Counted from the first letter of the stretch, positions 29,453-39,831 are shown. The stretch: DNA of 64,000 nt from Candidatus Woesearchaeota archaeon (GCA_043810355.1 JBDROB010000075.1:16565-80564), one strand, 5' to 3'. The notes: a model not told the origin generated them from the sequence alone. Program-made: numbers and translations.

Positions 29453-30553
29453 TTACTTCCCAAGAATCCTCTCAGCCTCACCAATTACATCTTCAACATT
29501 TATCTCTTGTATACAGGAACAGTCCTTATTGTACCTGCCATACATGTCATAGCAAAGCCTTTTTTTCTGCCCTGCTGCGACCACCTTTGCCTTTTCTGGC
29601 GAAAACCTTTTTGGAGGAGTCGGCCCGAATATGGCTATCTGAGGGATTTTCATAGCAGCAGCAATATGCATCAATCCTGTATCATGGGATATGAACAGAT
29701 CACATTTTCCAATGACTGCTGCGCTAACTTTCAGGCTTAATTTTCCGCTTAAGTCTGTTGGTTTTTTCTTCATAAGCTTCATGATATCATTTATTATATC
29801 AGAGTCTTCTTTTGATCCAAAAAATATTATATTGTTTTTCTCAATCAATTTATTGCAGATCTTGGCATATTTTGGTTTTGGCAGCCTTTTTGAGTCCATC
29901 TCTTGCCCTGGATTCTTTGCCCCCCCTGGAGCAATCCCAATTAATGTTCTCTTTGTTTTTGCTTTTCTTACAATTTCATCTGCTTCATTATTTTCTTCAG
30001 GAGAGATAGATATCTCCATCTGTTTGCTTATATTTCCAATCTTAAGCAATCCTAATAATGAATTGTTATAATCAAGCTCATACTCCTCTCCTTTGAATTT
30101 TACACTAAGATTATGTGCAAATCCCTCTCCTTTTCTGTCAAAGCCAATCCTGTATTTCACCCTGCAGAAGTAAGCAAATAATCCCCATAACCATGATTTG
30201 TCAAAAACAATGCATAAATCATATTTTTTCCCCCTCAGCTCTTTGATCAGTTTTATGATCCCACCAATTTTTGGTTTTCTGATGATTTCCTCATCAAATC
30301 CAATGATTTCATCAATATGATTATTTCCTTCTAACACTTTTCTTGAATAATTCCCAACTAGATAATCAATTTTAGATTTTGGATATTTCTCAGCTAATGC
30401 TTTGATTGCAGGAGTTGTCATCATCACATCTCCAATGCTTGCAGACCTGATCAGCAGTATTTTCTCAGGATCAAAACCTTCCTTAATCTTTCTTTTCTTG
30501 AAAATAAACATCATATTTCCAATTATTCCTACTGTTCTATTTAGCAGACTCAT
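29453..30553 (-). CDS. GT9 glycosyltransferase (ADP-heptose heptosyltransferase-like, WaaF/WaaQ family)
   Basis: ILLIRSASIGDVMMTTPAI..L...YP, GIAPGG, HDTGLMHIAAA...IAIFGPT. Confidence 0.9.
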   Translation of the reverse strand: MSLLNRTVGIIGNMMFIFKKRKIKEGFDPEKILLIRSASIGDVMMTTPAIKALAEKYPKSKIDYLVGNYSRKVLEGNNHIDEIIGFDEEIIRKPKIGGIIKLIKELRGKKYDLCIVFDKSWLWGLFAYFCRVKYRIGFDRKGEGFAHNLSVKFKGEEYELDYNNSLLGLLKIGNISKQMEISISPEENNEADEIVRKAKTKRTLIGIAPGGAKNPGQEMDSKRLPKPKYAKICNKLIEKNNIIFFGSKEDSDIINDIMKLMKKKPTDLSGKLSLKVSAAVIGKCDLFISHDTGLMHIAAAMKIPQIAIFGPTPPKRFSPEKAKVVAAGQKKRLCYDMYGRYNKDCSCIQEINVEDVIGEAERILGK

Positions 30554-31115
30554 CTTCCATATCCTTCATCTTCTCAAGGCCTAAAAATATTGCTCCAGGA
30601 ACAATACCTGAATTGAGAGTTGAATTCTTCAGGTTTTCAAGAACCTCTTCTTTTGTCATTTCCATGACTGTAATATCTTCAGTCTGATCAAGCTTTTGTT
30701 CACTGACTTTCTCAGCTCCAGTTGCAAAAAATATATGGCACACACTTCTTGTTGCAGTTGGGTCAAGAAATATTGTGCCAATCTTTTCAATCTTTTCATA
30801 TTTATATCCTGTTTCTTCAAGCACTTCTCTCTTTGCTGCTTCTTCAGGAGTCTCTCCATCATCGATCATGCCTGCTGGAATCTCGTGTATCTCTTCTTGC
30901 GCTCCATGCTTGTATTGTTTTAATATCAATATCTTGTTTTGTTTGGTCAAGCAAAAAACAATCACAGAATCTGGTCTTTCAATTATATAATAATCTTCAA
31001 TTATTTTGTTATTGGGTAATCTAATCTTCTCTCTTTTCACATTCACCCATTTGTTCTGGACTAAATATTCAGATTCAAGCACTTTCCATTTTCCATTATC
31101 TTCTTTATCTGCCAT
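30537..31115 (-). CDS. NUDIX hydrolase (ADP-ribose/NDP-sugar pyrophosphatase-like)
   Basis: Nudix box EIPAGMIDDGETPEEAAKREVLEETGY; KQYKHG; LDQTEDI. Confidence 0.9.
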   Translation of the reverse strand: MADKEDNGKWKVLESEYLVQNKWVNVKREKIRLPNNKIIEDYYIIERPDSVIVFCLTKQNKILILKQYKHGAQEEIHEIPAGMIDDGETPEEAAKREVLEETGYKYEKIEKIGTIFLDPTATRSVCHIFFATGAEKVSEQKLDQTEDITVMEMTKEEVLENLKNSTLNSGIVPGAIFLGLEKMKDMEDESAK

Positions 31116-31117
31116 AT

Positions 31118-31837
31118 TCATATCCTTCCTATGATTCTCCACCATTTGAGCTTTAATACCATTATATATCCTTTGTATAATTGTTTGAACCCTAGTTTTG
31201 ATTTTCCTAGTTCCCTTTCTACAAAATGTATAGGGACTTCACAGATCTTAAATCCTTTAAGATGTGTCTTGTAAAGCATCTCTTGCACAATTGATGGCCC
31301 CTGAGAAACCATTTTGTCCAATTCAATTGATTCAAGCACTTCTCTTTTGAAAAACCTATAGCCTGAGTTGCAATCTCTTGCTTTTATCCCTAGTATTATC
31401 TGTATATAAAGATTTGCTAATATTGTAATAATCCTTCTCAATAATGGCCTTCCGATATCCTTACCTCCCTTTACTAGTCTAGACCCTAATACGATATCGC
31501 ATTCTTTTATCTTTTCAAGCAGGTCTGGGATATATTTTGGATTATGTGAATAGTCAGCATCCATCTCACCCACAACATCAGCTCCCTTTGATAAAGCATA
31601 TTTGAATCCAGCTATTCCTGCAGTCCCTCTTCCTCTTTCTGTTGTCCTTGTGATCAGATGTATCTTTTTGCTTTTCTTCTGCATCTTTTGAACAAGACCA
31701 GACGTGCCATCAGGGCTATTATCATCAACTACAACAATCTCTATGTCTAGTTGAATCAATTCATTAAGAAGATTCTGAATATTCTCTGATTCATTGTATG
31801 TTGGTACTATTACAAATGCTTTCATTTCTTCCCCCAA
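31118..31837 (-). CDS. Polyprenol/dolichol-phosphate mannose synthase-like GT2
   Basis: VPTYNESENI, VVDDNSPDGT, EMDADYSHNP, GSR.V.GG, DCNSGYR, F.ERE.GKSK. Confidence 0.9.
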   Translation of the reverse strand: MGEEMKAFVIVPTYNESENIQNLLNELIQLDIEIVVVDDNSPDGTSGLVQKMQKKSKKIHLITRTTERGRGTAGIAGFKYALSKGADVVGEMDADYSHNPKYIPDLLEKIKECDIVLGSRLVKGGKDIGRPLLRRIITILANLYIQIILGIKARDCNSGYRFFKREVLESIELDKMVSQGPSIVQEMLYKTHLKGFKICEVPIHFVERELGKSKLGFKQLYKGYIMVLKLKWWRIIGRI

Positions 31838-31882
31838 ATAAAAAATTGAAGATTAAACATATTAATTTTTATAAATTTCATA

Positions 31883-32920
31883 CTATCTCTCCAATATCTT
31901 TTTCACAGCATCAAACAATATATCAACTGTTATCAATTCCATGCATTTAATTTTTTCATCACAATCCATCAGATAGCAAACCAAGCAGTCTTTATTCGGA
32001 ATAATTTTTATCCCATTTCCATACATCTCAATCTCAGCAGCAGGAGTCGGCCCAAAAAAGCTCACAACTTTCTTATCCTGAGCAATTCCTAAATGCATTC
32101 CAAGTGTATCGCTGGCCACAACAGCATCACATAAGTTAATGAGTGCAGCAAACTCAAGCAGTAAATTTTCACATCCTGCATCAATTATTTTCTCATTGAC
32201 CAAATCCATTATCATGCTGTTCCTTTCAACCTCATCAGGCCCTCCAAATAATATCACTTTAGCACCTAATTCTGAAATCAATCTATCAGCAAGCTCAGCT
32301 GTCTTCTCTTCACTTATCCTTTTATATTTCCATCTTCCTCCTGCACCAGTATTCAGTCCAATTATCAGATTATCTTCATTAATTCCATTTTTCTCTGAAA
32401 AACTCTTTGCAAACTCTCTCTCACTGTCTGAATACTTCACTAAAGGTTTATTCAATCCAATATCAAGTATTTCTGCAATATGCTTCTGATATGATTTTTT
32501 GTTCTCTGCTTTGAGTTGGTCTGCTTTCTCTTTTCCACCTTTCTCATCAGGTCTTAACAATCCCATCCCAAACCATTGTTCAGAATCATCTGTATATTTC
32601 CTTTCACCATCAGGATCAAGGTATGCTCCAGTTATTTTCTTGCTTTTTACAGAACTTGCCAATTCACACATTGCTTTTTCATCATCTAAAGAAACAACCA
32701 TATCATACTCATTTGTTAGCTTGTATTTAGTATCCCTATTAAATGCGATTTTCTCATCAATAAGATCAATATTTTTTATCAAGTCAAGATTAAATTTTGA
32801 AGTCACCCATGTAATCTCACAATCCTTATATTTTTCCTTTAGTCCAGGAAGTATAAATGTAGTCCTGACTACATCACCTGATGCTCCACATTTTATTATT
32901 AAAATTCTAAAATCCCCCAT
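31883..32920 (-). CDS. GT9 glycosyltransferase (heptosyltransferase-like)
   Basis: ILIIKCGASGDVVRTT..L..LK..Y, GLNTGAGGRW, SDTLGMH.GIA....V.SFFGPT. Confidence 0.88.
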   Translation of the reverse strand: MGDFRILIIKCGASGDVVRTTFILPGLKEKYKDCEITWVTSKFNLDLIKNIDLIDEKIAFNRDTKYKLTNEYDMVVSLDDEKAMCELASSVKSKKITGAYLDPDGERKYTDDSEQWFGMGLLRPDEKGGKEKADQLKAENKKSYQKHIAEILDIGLNKPLVKYSDSEREFAKSFSEKNGINEDNLIIGLNTGAGGRWKYKRISEEKTAELADRLISELGAKVILFGGPDEVERNSMIMDLVNEKIIDAGCENLLLEFAALINLCDAVVASDTLGMHLGIAQDKKVVSFFGPTPAAEIEMYGNGIKIIPNKDCLVCYLMDCDEKIKCMELITVDILFDAVKKILER

Positions 32921-32989
32921 AGGTATAAAGAACAATATATTAATTATAAATGTTTCTAATAATCAAAAGTTAGATTTCAACAAAAAATA

Positions 32990-33460
32990 TTAGAACATCA
33001 CTTTCTTATACCTGAAATAATCAATTATTATCAATAATAAATAAATATTCCCTAAAAGCAGTATATAGAATAAATATTCTGCAATATAAAAACTGCCGAA
33101 TGAGACAACAGTCCAGCTGAATGGCAGTAATATCATTGCATGGTTGAATGAAGCTACATTTAGTATGTCTATGATGACATGCCCTATCCATCCTATTGTA
33201 ATCAATGAAAATGATTTAAAATAATTGTATTTGAAAAAGAATGGGATTAACAATGATATTATGATTAGTGAAAATGGCTGATGGAATCCTACTAATAACC
33301 ATTCTGTGTTCTCTGGAATTTTAAAAAATAGGCTTAGATGATATATCTGGAAAATAATATCTGGAAGGATCGCTCCTAACAAGACCAGGCTTTTCTTCTT
33401 TACTCTGAATAATTTTGCAATTATCAATCCTAGCAATAGATGTGATATCCAGTCAGGCAT
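32990..33460 (-). CDS. Membrane-bound metal-dependent hydrolase (YdjM/DUF457-like)
   Basis: MPDWISH, GAILPD, FH, GH..ID, LPF motifs. Confidence 0.75.
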   Translation of the reverse strand: MPDWISHLLLGLIIAKLFRVKKKSLVLLGAILPDIIFQIYHLSLFFKIPENTEWLLVGFHQPFSLIIISLLIPFFFKYNYFKSFSLITIGWIGHVIIDILNVASFNHAMILLPFSWTVVSFGSFYIAEYLFYILLLGNIYLLLIIIDYFRYKKVMF

Positions 33461-33929
33461 TTTTCCCCTTGTTAAAAAATATTGGAATCTTAAATCTTTT
33501 TAGTTTAACTTTCCACTCATAAAAGAATATGATCAAGAATCCAATCAATCCGATTATAGATAGTCCATACATTAGGCTGTCCTTCTCAAACATTAGGAAC
33601 TCTTCTTCAATCACTGCTCCATTCTCAACAGTTCCTCTTATCATCACCTGTCTTACAGAATCATCATTCTTTCTCTGATTTCCAAATATTTTTATTTTTT
33701 CAGAATTATATGAGACATAATATTCTGTTTCATTTATCTCTTCTAAATACCCCCATATCTCTACTTTCATATTCTCATATTTTGACGGATTTTTATTAAT
33801 GTCAGAAATTGAGGGAAAATATTTGTCATGCTCTAAAAATATATAATATGAACTGGCTAATAGGATTCCTATTCCCAATATCACAAAAATACCTATATAT
33901 TTACTTACCATCATATATTTACTTACCAT
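33453..33929 (-). CDS. Hypothetical membrane protein (TM - OB-fold-like - TM)
   Basis: Two TM segments flank ISDINKNPSKYENMKVEIWG...V.IRG; a duplication at the start gives MVSKYMMVSKY. Confidence 0.6.
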   Translation of the reverse strand: MVSKYMMVSKYIGIFVILGIGILLASSYYIFLEHDKYFPSISDINKNPSKYENMKVEIWGYLEEINETEYYVSYNSEKIKIFGNQRKNDDSVRQVMIRGTVENGAVIEEEFLMFEKDSLMYGLSIIGLIGFLIIFFYEWKVKLKRFKIPIFFNKGKNA

Positions 33930-33981
33930 ATTACTAGTTTTTTAGTCATATTTAAATAATTTAACCTTTTTACTCATTATA

Positions 33982-35547
33982 ATGAAATCCAAACATATCC
34001 ATATCTTATTAATAACAATCCTTTATCTTTTCACTATATTCACCTGGACCCAGCCTATAAGAACAAATGAAATCCCTTTTGGCCAGGTTGATGCATCATC
34101 TCATTTTACAGTTGCAGATTACACTTCATCTTATGATCAGCCAATAACAGATCTGCCAAAATACATCTATTACAGATATGGATTAGACAATACTTACAAA
34201 GAGAACACTCTTTGGTATCATCCTCCATACCACCTAAACCTTGCCCTCATTCAGATATTCACAAACAGTCGTTTTCTTTCATTCTACATATTTATAGCAA
34301 TCCTCTGCTCATTGGTAGTATTGATCAATTATTTCATAATAAACAGATGGTATGGGTTCTGGCATGCATTCCTATCTTCTGTTTTAGTTGCATTTGCAGG
34401 TAGAAATGTTCTTGTCTACCTTTTCGGCCAATGGCCAGAAAGAATTTCTTATTTCTTCACTCCAATCATTATTTACCTATTCTATATGTATTTCATAAAT
34501 TACAAAAAAAAGGAAGAAAAGACCATTTACATGTATCTTCTAGCAATCCTGCTTGCCATAAACCTCTTGCTCCATCCAATGGGATTTTTCCATTCAATTG
34601 CAGCATTGGCAATAATCTATCTTTTATTGGCATTAAAAGAAAAAAAGATTTTCATTATCAACTTAAAAACATTGATTCTGCCAATAATAACTTTCTTAAT
34701 CATAATTGCAATATTCCCTTATCAGACTGGTAATGTCATAAAGAGCTTCCAAGGATCTCCAAGTATAGAAGGGACTAGTGGTGATATAAGCAGGTTATTC
34801 TCATGGTTTAAAAAACCAGATAATCTTGGAGGTGTTCCAGAGATTTATTTCTCATTTGCTGATATGAATGGCATTTGGATCATACCTTTGATATTGATAG
34901 GAATTATCTTCCTTGTATTAAGAAGAAAAACCCAAGATATTTTCATGCTTGGCTGGCTCATCTCATTATACATAGTGATTCATGCAGATGTTATTGGCAA
35001 AGGCCCTTTTGTACATCGTTCTTTGGCAGCTTCTAACATGGTTTTTGCACCGCTAGCAGCAATAGGGATTTTAGCAATAATCTCATTTATTCCATTAGCA
35101 AAACAAAAAAGACAAATTGTAAAATATGGTCTAATCACAGCCTTCATCATTCTTGCTATAATCTATAATATAATCCCTTCAATAAGCATGCTTAACACTT
35201 TTTATGAATCACCTCTATCAAGACTTAATCCATTTCAATTTGAAGTTTCTCAATGGTTGACAGCCAACACAGATAAAGATGATGTAATCCTTGATCTTGG
35301 CACATCTTCATTGGCAAAGCAGCGCTGGATGCAGTACATATCTCAGAGACATTTTAATGGAATCAATATTGAGGAATTAGAGCAAGGGATTCCAAATACT
35401 CATGTTATATATGATTACAGTGATCTTGTTCTTATGGGTGATCGGAACACATTTGATCAATTAGTCTCAAATGAACAACAGAACTTCAATAATTCACAGC
35501 CAATCTACAATAAAGAAAACATCAGGGTGTATAGAATTGAAAATTGA
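33982..35547 (+). CDS. GT-C-like polytopic membrane glycosyltransferase
   Basis: VDASSH...YHPPYH loop, ~12 TM, C-terminal WL..NT..D domain; paralog of 38002-39831. Confidence 0.65.
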   Translation: MKSKHIHILLITILYLFTIFTWTQPIRTNEIPFGQVDASSHFTVADYTSSYDQPITDLPKYIYYRYGLDNTYKENTLWYHPPYHLNLALIQIFTNSRFLSFYIFIAILCSLVVLINYFIINRWYGFWHAFLSSVLVAFAGRNVLVYLFGQWPERISYFFTPIIIYLFYMYFINYKKKEEKTIYMYLLAILLAINLLLHPMGFFHSIAALAIIYLLLALKEKKIFIINLKTLILPIITFLIIIAIFPYQTGNVIKSFQGSPSIEGTSGDISRLFSWFKKPDNLGGVPEIYFSFADMNGIWIIPLILIGIIFLVLRRKTQDIFMLGWLISLYIVIHADVIGKGPFVHRSLAASNMVFAPLAAIGILAIISFIPLAKQKRQIVKYGLITAFIILAIIYNIIPSISMLNTFYESPLSRLNPFQFEVSQWLTANTDKDDVILDLGTSSLAKQRWMQYISQRHFNGINIEELEQGIPNTHVIYDYSDLVLMGDRNTFDQLVSNEQQNFNNSQPIYNKENIRVYRIEN

Positions 35548-35869
35548 CAACACGACATTTAACATAGGATTAGCACTAATTATTGCAGTATTTTCATTAG
35601 TCACATTTGGATTAACAGGATTGCTCACAATAATCATCATCTTCCTTTTCTTCATCCTCCCATTCTATATCATCCTAAAAAACACAGACCTAGAAAAAGA
35701 CGAAAAGCTTTTCCTGCCTTTCTTCATAGGAATAGGATTGTTCTCAACAATAACATATTATTTGGCATTCCCTTTGAACTCAATAAAAGTGGCTGCCGTG
35801 CTTACTTTTATCTTGCTAATTTTATCTGGATTTGTAGCCAATAAATTACTACTTAAAAAGTCAGATTAA
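35537..35869 (+). CDS. Small 4-TM membrane protein (DUF1616-like)
   Basis: TTG start overlapping the previous stop, GGGTG SD; FILP...LEKDEKLFLPFFIGIGL. Confidence 0.6.
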   Translation: MKIDNTTFNIGLALIIAVFSLVTFGLTGLLTIIIIFLFFILPFYIILKNTDLEKDEKLFLPFFIGIGLFSTITYYLAFPLNSIKVAAVLTFILLILSGFVANKLLLKKSD

Positions 35870-35936
35870 ATAGGTGTGATATTCAATAAATTTGGAGTTC
35901 TAAAAATTTAAAAATTGATAAATAATAATAAAATTA

Positions 35937-36329
35937 TTACTGATTCATTAAAAGCGTTCTAAATTTTTCCAAACCTGCGTTGGAATAAGCATGATATCCA
36001 TAATCAGGGTTATATCTTTTATCATTTGGACTTTCCATAGCTCCCTTACGAAGTTCAATTGTTGCAACGCTATCACCTTCTCCAATTGGGAAATCTCTTG
36101 CCACAATCTCTGCTAATTTATCAAATTTAGCATCATCTTCAAAATACTGATGCCAATGAGATTGACGTCTTTCCCCTATAACTCTTCCATCTCTCTTTAT
36201 TTCACAATATACTGTTGCTCCATAATCATCAGGATCAAAGAGATCAAAACCATTTTTCCAATAAATAATATATTCTTTTGTCATCTTATTTTCATGTTCT
36301 GTCATTTTTACCATCTTACCGTTTATCAT
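35937..36329 (-). CDS. Hypothetical protein
   Basis: 130-aa soluble ORF in tandem with the next gene; no recognisable motif. Confidence 0.55.
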   Translation of the reverse strand: MINGKMVKMTEHENKMTKEYIIYWKNGFDLFDPDDYGATVYCEIKRDGRVIGERRQSHWHQYFEDDAKFDKLAEIVARDFPIGEGDSVATIELRKGAMESPNDKRYNPDYGYHAYSNAGLEKFRTLLMNQ

Positions 36330-36358
36330 TCATAAATCATCTAACTTCAACCTTACTT

Positions 36359-36736
36359 TTAAAATCTATTATATCGAATCAAGACTCTACCTTCATTTAA
36401 CTCAACTCTAATAGGGATTCCATCTTTCAATCTTCCTTCAAGTACTTGGTCAACTTCTTTGATTTCTTCCATAATCTCTTTAGGAAAAATTGGTCCTTCA
36501 TATTCAGGTCTTTTCATAATTTCTGATATAAAATTTGATAGGTAATTAAATACAGTTCCACATTGTTCATTAGGAACTCCTTTTAATCTATCATCTATAA
36601 AGAATCCATTTACGTCATGATAGAAAAAGGAACCAATTAATTGAACCGGATCAGGGTCAATAACCATCCTTATACCAGAATTTCTTAACATATCTATCTC
36701 ATTTAATGCTCTTATCAAGTCATCCATTCTCTCCAC
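36359..36736 (-). CDS. Hypothetical protein
   Basis: 125-aa soluble ORF with GAGGTG SD-like element; divergent from the TrmB gene. Confidence 0.55.
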   Translation of the reverse strand: MERMDDLIRALNEIDMLRNSGIRMVIDPDPVQLIGSFFYHDVNGFFIDDRLKGVPNEQCGTVFNYLSNFISEIMKRPEYEGPIFPKEIMEEIKEVDQVLEGRLKDGIPIRVELNEGRVLIRYNRF

Positions 36737-36871
36737 CTCTGCAAACCAACTCTTTGGTTGGTTTTGTCGTTGCTTACTAATTAGTGATGACCAACAAGAA
36801 CTTAAATAAGAGTGTCCTCCTACAGGACTACTTTAGTAAGATTTATATATAAAATCATAAAGAAAGCTAAT

Positions 36872-37630
36872 ATGCAGTTCCAAAATCTTAGAAGGATTGG
36901 CCTTACTGAAGGTGAAATCAAGGTATATGAAGCACTTCTTGAATTAGGTGAATGCACAAAGACTCTGCTTGCAAAGACTTCAGGTATCTCTCCATCAAAC
37001 ATCTATGATGTTACAAATAGATTGATAGAAAAAGGGATTATCTCAAAAGTTGAGAAAAATGGCATTTCACATTTTAGCCCTGCAAACCCAAACCATATCC
37101 TTAATTTCCTGAATGAGAAAGAAAATGAAATTGAAAAAGAAAAAGAATTCATTAATCAATTACTTCCTTCATTACTTTTAAAATTCAATGAATCCAAAGA
37201 AAAGATTAATGTTGAAGTTTTCCAAGGTTGGAATGGTATGAAGACTATCTTTCAGGATCTTATAGATGAATGCAATAAAGGGGACATTTGCAATGTATTT
37301 GGTGCCAGCAAAGGAGAAAGCGACAAGCAGGCTGATATGTTCTTTGTCAAATACTCAAGATTGAGAGAGAAAAAAGGAATAATAACCAACATTATTTTCA
37401 ACAAAGAATTAAAACAAAGAAAAGAGCGAATTGAATTTTTCCAAAAATCAAAATTTTACAATATCAGATTCCTTCAGCAATCAACTCCTGCAGAGATCAT
37501 GACTTACAAAAACAGATCCTGTATAATCATCCTGACAAAAGACCCTTTAATCATAAGGATTACTGGAAAAGAAGTGACTGATTCATTCAGTCAATACTTT
37601 GATGTTATGTGGGATACTGCTGCAAACTAA
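36872..37630 (+). CDS. TrmB-family transcriptional regulator
   Basis: LRRIGLTEGEIKVYEALLELG...ISPSNIYDV..RLIEKGII wHTH; VEVFQGWNGMK; F..YFD.MW. Confidence 0.88.
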   Translation: MQFQNLRRIGLTEGEIKVYEALLELGECTKTLLAKTSGISPSNIYDVTNRLIEKGIISKVEKNGISHFSPANPNHILNFLNEKENEIEKEKEFINQLLPSLLLKFNESKEKINVEVFQGWNGMKTIFQDLIDECNKGDICNVFGASKGESDKQADMFFVKYSRLREKKGIITNIIFNKELKQRKERIEFFQKSKFYNIRFLQQSTPAEIMTYKNRSCIIILTKDPLIIRITGKEVTDSFSQYFDVMWDTAAN

Positions 37631-37992
37631 TTCTTCCCAACAAATCTCAAAACCCACCAACTTCCCAACAAAACCAAAATAGGATAAACCAAAACATGCC
37701 ATTTAATATGCAATCCCATTATAGAAATATTATAACTAAATATTATAAATAATCCTAAACTTAATGCAGTCCCAACAACAAATCGTTCAAAAAAACCTAA
37801 CTTATCATGCCAATAATACATCATTGCTATTCCAGGAATAATAAAAAGCCAATATAATGAAACAACTGTTCTTAATATGACAAAAATGCTTTCCTTAAAG
37901 AACACAATCTTAAACAATACCAGACTAATTACTAACAGGATCAGAACATAAATTCCTTCATTCCTTATCTTATTCATCAGTTTCTCATCCAT
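37627..37992 (-). CDS. Small 4-TM membrane protein (DUF1616-like)
   Basis: FIIPG...LGFFERFVVGTALSL motif; directly downstream of the GT-C-like gene. Confidence 0.65.
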   Translation of the reverse strand: MDEKLMNKIRNEGIYVLILLVISLVLFKIVFFKESIFVILRTVVSLYWLFIIPGIAMMYYWHDKLGFFERFVVGTALSLGLFIIFSYNISIMGLHIKWHVLVYPILVLLGSWWVLRFVGKN

Positions 37993-38001
37993 TTATATTA
38001 C

Positions 38002-39831
38002 CTATGTATTTTCCTCTCCCTCACCTATAATTGTTCCTTCACCTTCAGTTGCTGTGACCTCTCCACCTTCAGCTGCCACTTGCTGTGCTTGAATCATTTC
38101 CATAAATTTTGCCATATTCGAGCAATCATCAATCTTATTATTTTTTACAATACTGACTACTTGGTTGTTAAACACTTCACTCATCCCATTTGTCAAGAAC
38201 ACAGCTCTTACAAGATTATTATATTGTATAAATGCAGGAGTCCTGCTTGCATCTGGATGGATGTCAAAAACATAATAATCAAAACTGCAGATATCCATTG
38301 AAGAGAACTTAAGTGACATGTCACCAAATTCTTCATTATATTCCCATTCATGCCTGCCGAACTCAAACAATCCTTTCCTGTAAGGATATCCTGGAAGACT
38401 ATCCCCTGGCCTCTCAGTGTTATAATAGGGAAGGACTGTTCCATTCTGTACTGCTCTTTGATATTCTTGATCCTGCCAATTGATAAAGAAGTGGAATCTG
38501 TGGCTGTTCCTCAATATTGCATCCTGGTCATAGATATCTCCATAAAAAAAGTAAACTTTAGAATCAATTGGAGTATTGTCTGATATCCATGTTATTGCTT
38601 CCCAATGATATGGGTCAATTGCGCTGAACTGGCTAGGTTTGTCATAATAGGCATATATGATGCTAAGCAACAGCACTAAACTTATAATCACACTATACAT
38701 TGTTTTCCATTTGATTTTTGCAAGGCTCTTGACCAATATAATAAGATAATAAACAGCAATCCCAAAAAACACTGCTAAAAATATTGGAAAAAAGAATCTT
38801 GATTGGAATGCTTTCCTGAATCCTATGAAATTAAAACTTCCCATCATAAATCCGAAGAATCCAAATAATAATGCATAATCAATTCCTTTCTTGTCAATCA
38901 GCTTCTTCACCAATATAATTCCAGAGACCACCATCCCAATTATCACAATTATTGAGATCAATTTAAACTGCTGAAAGATTGTGGAATATGTGACATTATT
39001 GTATATTGGATTTCCAACTCCCACAAACCTTAGGAATCCATTTGGAAAAAACCCTGTCCCTCCATTTGATCCTTGTTGAATATCACCAACTACATAAAGA
39101 AGAACAAATATTATTGAATAATAGATTGGCAAGACTACACCAACTGCTCCTCCAATAATTATATTTTTTATATCCTTTAGTTTCAGTCTGTGATAGATGA
39201 ACTTAATGGCAACAAATGCGCCGACTATCCCAACAATATAGAAATATTCTATTCCATGTGCAATCATTGTGACTCCCCAGAAAATTCCAAAAAATATCCA
39301 GCTCTTTTTCAGTTCTATTCTTGAGAAAAACCATAATACTCCTATGACAAAAAGGTTTGTTATGAAAAATGGCCTTGACCCAAACCTTATTCCAATAAAG
39401 AATGGATCAATGAACACTAACAGCATCAATGGAAGGGAGAGCAGGGCCACATTCGTGTTATATTCCCTAATGATCACATAAATGAACAGGCAGCTGATAA
39501 TAGTGATTATGATTGTTACAAAGAATATCACATCATACACTTCTAATCCTGAAGCAATTGAAAATGCAGCACTTATATAATATAGTCCTGGAGGATAGAA
39601 ACCTACTACATCATGATATCCAGTTGAGCCATAGAATGGATTGAACTTATAGCTTCCCTCTTCTTTGACCCAGTCTGTCTTTGGCAGATGTTGGAATGCG
39701 TCTGATGCAAAGTCTCCATGAGGATAGTCATGCCTGAGGCTATTGTCATAGAGTGCAAACCCTACCCACATCATCACTAGAACAAATACTACAAGATAGA
39801 TTTTCTCAATATTAATCTTAAATTCTTCCAT
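38002..39831 (-). CDS. GT-C-like polytopic membrane glycosyltransferase
   Basis: ASDAFQH...FYPPGLY loop, ~12 TM, WISDNTP.DS C-terminal domain, acidic tail. Confidence 0.65.
   Translation of the reverse strand: MEEFKINIEKIYLVVFVLVMMWVGFALYDNSLRHDYPHGDFASDAFQHLPKTDWVKEEGSYKFNPFYGSTGYHDVVGFYPPGLYYISAAFSIASGLEVYDVIFFVTIIITIISCLFIYVIIREYNTNVALLSLPLMLLVFIDPFFIGIRFGSRPFFITNLFVIGVLWFFSRIELKKSWIFFGIFWGVTMIAHGIEYFYIVGIVGAFVAIKFIYHRLKLKDIKNIIIGGAVGVVLPIYYSIIFVLLYVVGDIQQGSNGGTGFFPNGFLRFVGVGNPIYNNVTYSTIFQQFKLISIIVIIGMVVSGIILVKKLIDKKGIDYALLFGFFGFMMGSFNFIGFRKAFQSRFFFPIFLAVFFGIAVYYLIILVKSLAKIKWKTMYSVIISLVLLLSIIYAYYDKPSQFSAIDPYHWEAITWISDNTPIDSKVYFFYGDIYDQDAILRNSHRFHFFINWQDQEYQRAVQNGTVLPYYNTERPGDSLPGYPYRKGLFEFGRHEWEYNEEFGDMSLKFSSMDICSFDYYVFDIHPDASRTPAFIQYNNLVRAVFLTNGMSEVFNNQVVSIVKNNKIDDCSNMAKFMEMIQAQQVAAEGGEVTATEGEGTIIGEGEENT

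Noticed and set aside
35937..37630. Prophage, IS or defence island
   Set aside because: No integrase, transposase, terminal repeats or recognisable defence domains.
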